DNA of 64,000 nucleotides from positions 1-64,000 of the forward strand of contig NW_026782399.1 in assembly GCF_031769215.1 (NCBI RefSeq). Direction: 5' to 3'. Position 1 is the first letter of the stretch, and each line of letters starts with the position of its first letter. Shown in pieces: positions 57,039 through 64,000 of the stretch. The stretch is from Ylistrum balloti. Its lineage: Eukaryota. The notes below the pieces were generated by a model. It had not been told where the DNA came from. It ran no database searches and saw nothing but the letters and a program-made list of their open reading frames with translations. The position numbers were made by a program, and so were the translations under genes.

Positions 57039-59761
57039 AAGTATTAACTCCTATGATGAGGCAATACTTTGAAATTAAAAATCAACATCCCGACAAGTAT
57101 ATTTTTTTCCGCTTGGGTGATTTTTATGAAATTTTTAGCGAAGAGGCCGTTGAAGTTTCTAAAATCTTAAATATCACTCTCACTAAGAGGAATAACATTT
57201 ACATGTGTGGTTTCCCGCACCAACAACTCCATCATTACACTCAAAAGGTGATCTCCAAAGGCAAGAAAATTGTCATTGTCGAACAAATGGAAAAACCAGA
57301 AGACTCTTCTCAAAAATTAGTTGAAAGGAAGGTTTCACAAATCATCACACCCGGGACAACCTTGGATGATTTTAATTTGTTGGAAAAAGAAAAAAACTTT
57401 ATTATTCACCTTTCCTTTAATGAAGCGGCTTTGAATCTTTTAGTTTCTACCCATTCCTATTTTTTGGTTGCTCTTGATATTTCAACGGGTGAAACGATCT
57501 TTGTTAGTTTACAAGACAAGCAGGATTTGGAAAACGAAATCGATAGATTTTTTGAAAACTATTCTCCTAAGGAAGTTATTCTTTTCAAAGAGGACGAAAC
57601 AGGTGGATCTCAAGAGAGTTTTTATAATATAGAAAAAATCAAAAATAATTATCCGAATGCGATTATTAACTACTTGGATAAACCAGACCATGCCACCATA
57701 ACTAATCGTCTTAACAGGGTTTTTTCGAAAACCCCGTTAGATTCTCAAGACTCTCAAGAAAATGATTCCTCATCATCTCCATTAAGTAATTTTTGGAGCG
57801 ATCCTCAATATCCCGATTATCCTCTCGCTCAAGGATTGTGCCTCTTACTTAACTATGCTGAAAGCAACCAAAATGAAATCATCACCTATTTACAGAAACC
57901 CAAATGGATATCCAAGAAAAACTACATGGCATTGGATTTCCAAACACTAGTCCACTTGGAAATTTTTAAAAACAACCTTGATCACACTTCAAAATACAGT
58001 TTAATTTCCGTTATTGATTACACTCTTACTTCAATGGGAGCACGAAAACTCCAAGAATCGATTGCCCTGCCATCTCTTAATGCCGAACTCATCAATTATC
58101 GCCTTGATCAAACCGAGTATCTCTACCTTCACCCCCATACACTTAAGGAGATTCGTAGTCAATTAAAGAACATTTCCGATTTGGAAAGGATAGGGTCTCG
58201 CATTGTTTTAAAAAAAGTTTTACCAAGGGAATTCATCTCTTTAAAGCAATCTCTTAGATGCATTCATCAACTTTTTTCATTAGTACTGGGGAAAAATCCT
58301 AATCTACTTGTGTCTTCACTCAACCATAACATTCAACTTTTTGAAAAAATGATGCCAGTACTTCTTCAATTGATTAAGAGGATTGATGATTGTTTGGTCA
58401 GCTCGCCTGGTAATGACTTTCAAAAAGGTGGCATTGTTAAACCCGACATTGACCCTAAACTTAGCGAATATTTTCTTATTAAGAAAAATTCCGAGGAACT
58501 TCTTAGCCAATTAGAAGCAAAAGAAAGACAAAAAAGTACTATAACCAATTTAAAAATAAAATATAACGGTAACCTAGGCTTCTTCTTTGAAACTCGCAAG
58601 CATAACTTAAAAAATATTCCAGAATATTTCATTCCTAAACAAAGTTTAGTCAATTGTGAAAGATTTACGACGAAAGAGCTCATTAAGCTTGAGGGGAAAA
58701 TTATAGAAGCAACGGAAAAATCTTGCGCGTTAGAAAAAGAAATTTTCATGGGATTAAGAGATGAAATTGCTAAACAAGTAGGACTTTTTCAATCGATTGC
58801 TTCCTCCATTGCGGACATTGATTTAATTGCTAGTTTTGCTGAATTAGCAGTGACGAAAAATTATGTGAAACCTCAGGTGATTAATGAAGGAATGTTGTGT
58901 ATTAAAGGAGGACGCCATCCTGTCATTGAAGAGCATATTCGAGAACCTTTTATCCCTAATGATTTGGAGATCGGAAATGAGGAAAATACAATTGAAATTA
59001 TAACGGGACCGAACATGTCTGGGAAGTCAACATTCCTGCGACAGAACGCTATCATTGTTATCCTCGCTCAAATTGGAAGTTTTGTTCCCGCTCAATCAGC
59101 CGTTATTCCTATTTGTGATAACATTTTCTCTCGTATCGGATCGGGGGATCGCTTAGTGCAAGGAGAATCAACTTTTTTTGTGGAAATGAAGGAGACAACT
59201 AACATCCTTAGAAAACTGACATCGAAAAGCTTAATCATCATGGATGAAATAGGACGCGGAACCAGTACCTATGATGGGATCGCACTCGCATGGAGTCTGA
59301 TTGAGCACCTTAATGAGGAAGGGCGAAAACCCAAAACTTTGTTTGCCACCCACTACCATGAACTTATTGTACTTAGTGAAAAAAAGGGTATCTCACACTA
59401 CCATGTAACTGTTAAAGAAGAAGGAGAAGAAATCATTTTTCTTAAAAAAGTTATCAAAGGGATGGCTTCCAAGTCTTACGGTATCCACGTTGCTAAATTG
59501 GCAGGAATGCCATTTCCAGTTATTCAAAGGGCTCATGAAATACTTCATCGATTGGAAAGCAAACAGCCCGAAAAAGGAGTGGATCAAGTTTCTAAAAATT
59601 CTTCTTCATCTTCTAACCCAAAGCAATCAAGTATTCCCACCCCAATAGAAAAATCCTTATTGGAATTTGATATCAATACAAAAACGCCATTGGAAGCCAT
59701 GCAGTTTTTATCTGAGTTAAACAGACAATTAAAGGATAAACCAAATAAAAATAGTTTTTGA
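57035..59761 (+). CDS. mutS: DNA mismatch repair protein MutS
   Basis: TPMMRQY, FRLGDFYE, TGPNMSGKST, STFFVEM, DEIGRGTS, ATHYHEL. Confidence 0.97.
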   Translation: MKVLTPMMRQYFEIKNQHPDKYIFFRLGDFYEIFSEEAVEVSKILNITLTKRNNIYMCGFPHQQLHHYTQKVISKGKKIVIVEQMEKPEDSSQKLVERKVSQIITPGTTLDDFNLLEKEKNFIIHLSFNEAALNLLVSTHSYFLVALDISTGETIFVSLQDKQDLENEIDRFFENYSPKEVILFKEDETGGSQESFYNIEKIKNNYPNAIINYLDKPDHATITNRLNRVFSKTPLDSQDSQENDSSSSPLSNFWSDPQYPDYPLAQGLCLLLNYAESNQNEIITYLQKPKWISKKNYMALDFQTLVHLEIFKNNLDHTSKYSLISVIDYTLTSMGARKLQESIALPSLNAELINYRLDQTEYLYLHPHTLKEIRSQLKNISDLERIGSRIVLKKVLPREFISLKQSLRCIHQLFSLVLGKNPNLLVSSLNHNIQLFEKMMPVLLQLIKRIDDCLVSSPGNDFQKGGIVKPDIDPKLSEYFLIKKNSEELLSQLEAKERQKSTITNLKIKYNGNLGFFFETRKHNLKNIPEYFIPKQSLVNCERFTTKELIKLEGKIIEATEKSCALEKEIFMGLRDEIAKQVGLFQSIASSIADIDLIASFAELAVTKNYVKPQVINEGMLCIKGGRHPVIEEHIREPFIPNDLEIGNEENTIEIITGPNMSGKSTFLRQNAIIVILAQIGSFVPAQSAVIPICDNIFSRIGSGDRLVQGESTFFVEMKETTNILRKLTSKSLIIMDEIGRGTSTYDGIALAWSLIEHLNEEGRKPKTLFATHYHELIVLSEKKGISHYHVTVKEEGEEIIFLKKVIKGMASKSYGIHVAKLAGMPFPVIQRAHEILHRLESKQPEKGVDQVSKNSSSSSNPKQSSIPTPIEKSLLEFDINTKTPLEAMQFLSELNRQLKDKPNKNSF

Positions 59762-59857
59762 TCATTATTCTTACCCTTTTTTATTGATTATTGAAGTGGC
59801 ATCGTTAGAGAGTCACATCCAAAGACCCCCTTCATTCATGATAAAATAATTTAACCG

Positions 59858-61330
59858 ATGAATGATTCCAAGTCCCCCTTACCAAAGCGAGTTATCAACA
59901 AAAAAATAGAAGAGATGTTCAATGACCTATCATCGGGCTCCTCATCAAAAAACCCAGACCATGAAACTCCTAAGGAGCAACCTAACCTCATCAAGCAGTT
60001 TTTTTCACACAGGGCATTTGTCATTTTTGGACTTGTCATTCTCTCAGGTTGGACGTTTTATTTTATCAATTATTTTTCTAAACCAACACTTCAGCAAGTT
60101 CAAATGGAACGCTATTGGGGATGGGAGAGCCCAGCTCCTATTTTTTCCACTCCCATTATCATGGATGTGGACAAGAATGGGCTTCAAGATTTAATTTTTG
60201 TTGATAGTCTTGGGTTTATTCAAGCCATTGATCCTCGAACCAAGAAACAGCTTTACCGCACTCAGTTAGGGAGTTCAGCGGTTGCTTCGCTAGCTGCAGT
60301 TGATGTTGATGACAAAGATCCCGATGAAGTGCTGGTTGTCACCCAAGGCGGGAAATTCTTTACCATCAATCAAGACGGCAATTATTTTTATCAATCAAGA
60401 GAAGAGTTTTTTTCCGAGCCGCTTTACTCTAAACCCGTTAGTTTGTCGAAAAGTTTTTTTATTGCTGGTATGGAGGGAAGAATATGGGCAGTCAATTCTT
60501 CCTATGGCGAGGTTATTTGGGTGAACGAAAACTCTCCTTTGATTGGACAGAAAATCTTTCCTTCCCTCCTCTATGTTGAGCTGGAAAACCCTGTTTTATT
60601 TGCAGCGAGTGAGGAAGGGGGTGTCATTGCTTTAGATGCGACAGGTGGGGGATTGATTTGGGAAAAACAATTCGACACTGGTTTCAAGGCATCGCTTCTA
60701 TGGGGACAGTTTATCGACCGAGAAATATTCACAAGAATGGGGGAAAAAAATGCCTTTAGCGATCATTCCTTATTTGCGAGCGGTTTGAATGGAGAGGTGT
60801 TCATCCTATCACCCCATGGGGAAATTCTTGGTAAGGGGAAAGGGGAAAAACCATTTATTAGTTCACCAGCTAAGGGGAGATTTAGCGAGAAAAGAATTGA
60901 TCAAGCCGTATTGGCGAGTGAAGACGGCAAACTGTTTTTCACTCAAATTAACATCTCTCCCGAAGAAAGACAAGTCTCTATTGAATTAAAAAATATTTTC
61001 TCTCGTCCAACTGCCTTTATCAGCAGTCCAGTTGTTTTTGATTTCGATCATGATGGGATCGACGATATTTTGATTGTATCAAGAAAAGGAGATGTGTATT
61101 TAATCAATGGTAAGAATCATAACCTTTTCCTTCCCGCCTATGCACTTAATTTTAATGTGAGTAGTACACCCTTGGTTGCCGATCTTGATGGAGATATGGA
61201 TATAGAAATAATCATCGGGGGAGAGAACGGCAAATTAGAAATCCTAACTCTCAAGACTACTCCAAAAATCTTTGAGAAATATGCTTTGATCAACACTCAA
61301 TTTTTAAAAAACTCTATGAATCAAAACTAA
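59858..61330 (+). CDS. Membrane-anchored PQQ/FG-GAP-type beta-propeller protein
   Basis: One TM near the N-terminus; Ca-loop-like DVDKNG, DFDHDG, DLDGD; SSP/SxP repeat starts. Confidence 0.7.
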   Translation: MNDSKSPLPKRVINKKIEEMFNDLSSGSSSKNPDHETPKEQPNLIKQFFSHRAFVIFGLVILSGWTFYFINYFSKPTLQQVQMERYWGWESPAPIFSTPIIMDVDKNGLQDLIFVDSLGFIQAIDPRTKKQLYRTQLGSSAVASLAAVDVDDKDPDEVLVVTQGGKFFTINQDGNYFYQSREEFFSEPLYSKPVSLSKSFFIAGMEGRIWAVNSSYGEVIWVNENSPLIGQKIFPSLLYVELENPVLFAASEEGGVIALDATGGGLIWEKQFDTGFKASLLWGQFIDREIFTRMGEKNAFSDHSLFASGLNGEVFILSPHGEILGKGKGEKPFISSPAKGRFSEKRIDQAVLASEDGKLFFTQINISPEERQVSIELKNIFSRPTAFISSPVVFDFDHDGIDDILIVSRKGDVYLINGKNHNLFLPAYALNFNVSSTPLVADLDGDMDIEIIIGGENGKLEILTLKTTPKIFEKYALINTQFLKNSMNQN

Positions 61331-61345
61331 TAACCAAAACTAATT

Positions 61346-62374
61346 ATGGAAAGAAAAAAAATTTTAATCACTGGGGGATTGGGTTTCATTGGTAGCGCCT
61401 TTCTTTGGTACCTTAACAAAAAAGGCTACAACGACATTGTTCTTTGCGACCGCTTTCGTACAGAGGAAAAATGGAAAAATGTCCGCAATCTCCATTTTAG
61501 TGACATTATCTTAGTTGAAAACCTATGGGAGACCATTCAAAAAAATAAGTTTGATGTGATGATCCATCTCGGTGCTTGTTCTTCCACCACTGAAAAGGAT
61601 ATGGACTTTCTCTTCTCAAATAATTATGAATTCTCTAAGAGGCTTTGGCAAGTAGCCACGGATCAAGGATCGACTTTCATCTATGCTTCTTCGGCTGCCA
61701 CCTATGGTAATTTTCACCAATCAAAAGACTTCCCAAATTACCCCGACATCAAGAAGCTAACCCCGCTTAATAAGTACGGTTATTCCAAACAGCTTTTTGA
61801 TCTGTGGGTGGAAAGACAGATCATTGAAGGAAACACCCCTCCCGAATATGCGGGCATTAAATTTTTTAATGTTTTTGGTCCTCATGAATATCATAAGGGG
61901 TCAATGGCATCGGTGGTCTATCATGCTTATCAACAAATGGAAAAAAAAGGGGAAGTCAAACTTTTTCAATCGCATAACCCCCATTTCAAAGACGGTGAGC
62001 AGAAAAGGGACTTTGTTTATATCAAAGATGTTTGTGTTGCTATGTATTTATTGATGACTCGATTAGGTGAAATTAAAAAAAACAAGATGAATGAACAGTC
62101 CTTTTTATTTGATTTAGGGACAGGAAAGGCTTCCACTTTCAAAGAATTGGTGATCCCCATTGCGAAAAAAAATATTCAATACATCCCTACTCCAGAAAGC
62201 TTAAGAAAAAATTATCAATATTTCACGCAAGCCAATATGGTTGACTGGAGAGAATATTTCAAAATTAAGCATACTTTGCAAGAATCTGTGGAGGATTACC
62301 TGCACAATCATCTTGAAAAGGAAAACCCTTTTCTCAATGTGTTCGAGAAAGATGATTATTTATCGCTTAAATAA
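61346..62374 (+). CDS. hldD: ADP-L-glycero-D-manno-heptose 6-epimerase
   Basis: TGGLGFIGS, HLGACSSTTE, YASSAATYG, YGYSK, FNVFGP.EYHKG.MAS. Confidence 0.9.
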   Translation: MERKKILITGGLGFIGSAFLWYLNKKGYNDIVLCDRFRTEEKWKNVRNLHFSDIILVENLWETIQKNKFDVMIHLGACSSTTEKDMDFLFSNNYEFSKRLWQVATDQGSTFIYASSAATYGNFHQSKDFPNYPDIKKLTPLNKYGYSKQLFDLWVERQIIEGNTPPEYAGIKFFNVFGPHEYHKGSMASVVYHAYQQMEKKGEVKLFQSHNPHFKDGEQKRDFVYIKDVCVAMYLLMTRLGEIKKNKMNEQSFLFDLGTGKASTFKELVIPIAKKNIQYIPTPESLRKNYQYFTQANMVDWREYFKIKHTLQESVEDYLHNHLEKENPFLNVFEKDDYLSLK

Positions 62375-62389
62375 CAATTGATAGTCTTT

Positions 62390-63181
62390 ATGAAAGACAA
62401 ACTTTTTAAGAAGCCTCCTTATCCTACTTCCTTTGTGTTTGACGAAAGGGTTGCAGAGGTTTTTGATGACATGCTGCTAAGGTCAATTCCACACTATCAC
62501 CATGTAATGAAATTAAGCATTTCCTTCGCTGAAATGATTTTAAATCAAATCCCATCGGTAAAACTCGCAACACGATCCAAATCCCGATTTAGTAAAAATG
62601 GAATTCACTCAATCTACGACCTTGGATGCTCTACGGGAAGTTTTTTGTTAGAAATGGAAAATTCTATGAATAAAAAAATCCAACGAGCACAATTTATTGG
62701 AGTTGACCAATCTGAAGCGATGATTACCCAAGCCGTGAGGAAGTTAGAAAGCAAGCAAAATGCTGATAAGAAAAAATTGAATATTGAATTTACTTGTGCA
62801 GACTTAAGAAAACTTGAGATGAAACCCTGCTCCATGATCTTCATGCATTACACATTGCAATTCATTCCCCCCAATCAGAGACTGAAGCTTTTGAGAAAAA
62901 TTTATCAAGCACTTCAAAAACAGGGCGGCTTCGTCTTGAGCGAGAAGATTAAAGAGCGTGGTCAAAGAATGAATGAACATTTTCAAAAATCCTATTTCGA
63001 TTTCAAGAAAAAAAACAATTACACCCAATCTGAAATTGCACGCAAAAAGGATTCTCTTGATAAAGTGCTCCTTCCCAATTTTAGTGATACCTACATTAAG
63101 CAATTAAAAGAAATTGGATTTAAAGAGGTCTCAATTACTTTCAAGTGGCATAACTTTATTACTTATTTCGCTATCAAGTAA
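62390..63181 (+). CDS. cmoA: Carboxy-SAM synthase CmoA
   Basis: FVFDERVAEVFDDMLLRSIP, YDLGCSTG, YTLQFI, YTQSEIARK; ATG 62390 (track uses TTG 62378). Confidence 0.9.
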   Translation: MKDKLFKKPPYPTSFVFDERVAEVFDDMLLRSIPHYHHVMKLSISFAEMILNQIPSVKLATRSKSRFSKNGIHSIYDLGCSTGSFLLEMENSMNKKIQRAQFIGVDQSEAMITQAVRKLESKQNADKKKLNIEFTCADLRKLEMKPCSMIFMHYTLQFIPPNQRLKLLRKIYQALQKQGGFVLSEKIKERGQRMNEHFQKSYFDFKKKNNYTQSEIARKKDSLDKVLLPNFSDTYIKQLKEIGFKEVSITFKWHNFITYFAIK

Positions 63182-63230
63182 GCTGATTTCGAAGAATTCT
63201 TTGATTTTTAAACATGTTAGAATTTGAACG

Positions 63231-63824
63231 GTGTTTAAAAGTCGTCCAGCTTCCAATTCGTCTTCTCTTGAATACTTTATTTCTCTTCTTTTAATTATTA
63301 TTTTCATACTTTCAAGTTGCGGTTCAACGTATCCAGATGAGGACTCATTTAAAAAAAAATATCCGGGAACCGATGATTATTATCTTTTTGACGATCTCAC
63401 TTATAATTTGCAATCCAGTGGCATAGCTAATCATGATTACAATATTCCCGTATTGGAGTCTACCAATGCTGGAGCTGATCGGCTTTTCTTATTCAATCAA
63501 AGAGATGACATTTATTATCACGATGGATGGAATGTTGATTTTAAAGAATACGACAGCAGACTTTTTATTAAATTACAAAATGCCACTTCAACGAACAATC
63601 ATGTTTTTACCAATGATGCATTCCCTTCTCAGTTGGAAGTGTATTATTACAAATTGATGAATGAACCTACTCAATTCACGAGAGGAGAGGTTTATATTAG
63701 CAAGGAAAACGATAATGCCTGGTGGGTTTCAGTTAATCTTTCAGAAGGAGCATTGAATTTCAACTATAGCAATCGCTATGTGAAGGCAAGCTACACGAAC
63801 GGAGGATTTACAGTCGATCCATAA
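63231..63824 (+). CDS. Hypothetical lipoprotein
   Basis: Hydrophobic stretch ending LSS-C-GS; no family recognised. Confidence 0.6.
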   Translation: MFKSRPASNSSSLEYFISLLLIIIFILSSCGSTYPDEDSFKKKYPGTDDYYLFDDLTYNLQSSGIANHDYNIPVLESTNAGADRLFLFNQRDDIYYHDGWNVDFKEYDSRLFIKLQNATSTNNHVFTNDAFPSQLEVYYYKLMNEPTQFTRGEVYISKENDNAWWVSVNLSEGALNFNYSNRYVKASYTNGGFTVDP

Positions 63825-63829
63825 TTCCA

Positions 63830-64000
63830 ATGATTAGTGTTGAAAAAATAGGCGGCACGTCAATGATTCAGTTTGACAAAGTGCTTAACAATGTCATCTT
63901 AAATAAAAGTAATTTCACCCTACCATCATCGCCCTACAACCGCATTTTTGTGGTTTCTGCCTATGCGGGAGTGACAAATAAACTTCTGGAAAATAAAAAA
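63830..64000 (+). CDS. ask: Aspartate kinase of the ectoine-associated type (Ask_Ect), partial
   Basis: Manual translation MISVEKIGGTSM...RIFVVSAYAGVTNKLLENK; the VEKIGGTSM and VVSAY.G.T..LLE patterns match Ask_Ect; runs off right edge. Confidence 0.8.
   Translation, partial: MISVEKIGGTSMIQFDKVLNNVILNKSNFTLPSSPYNRIFVVSAYAGVTNKLLENKK

Overview
AT-rich bacterial chromosome segment, probably from a spirochete (inferred from DUF2225 beside truA, tRNA-Arg(UCG) and spirochete-style lipoboxes) and possibly a saline or marine one (an ectoine-type aspartokinase starts at the right edge). The backbone is intact housekeeping genes: glnE-like (partial), truA, tatD, guaA, yebC-ruvC-ruvA, lepB, prmC, polA, hemB, hflX, pepA, lspA, argF, can, dprA, folC, cmoB, mutS, hldD, cmoA. 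Three accessory elements stand out. (1) Two tandem arrays (4.9-9.6 kb and 44.7-51.3 kb) of paralogous lipoprotein genes share one plan: long lipoprotein leader, 0/1/2/8 InlB-B (Listeria-Bacteroides) repeats of about 213 bp, and a head of seven 159-bp beta-propeller blades. The blade scaffold is nearly invariant in DNA, while two short sites per blade are hypervariable and recur in new combinations. The arrays include broken, one-blade and leader-only copies and carry repeated palindromic upstream motifs. I read this as a candidate recombination-diversified surface receptor or adhesin repertoire; no reverse transcriptase or recombinase is in the window. (2) A very AT-rich, decayed type III restriction-modification island sits beside tRNA-Arg. 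An intact Fic gene lies between duplicated copies of the res 3' end, next to a 41-bp palindromic tandem array. (3) A secreted SpoIVB/S55-like protease appears circularly permuted and is paired with a large propeller protein. All frameshifts fall in accessory or repetitive DNA and could be real decay or assembly error; read-level data are needed to decide.
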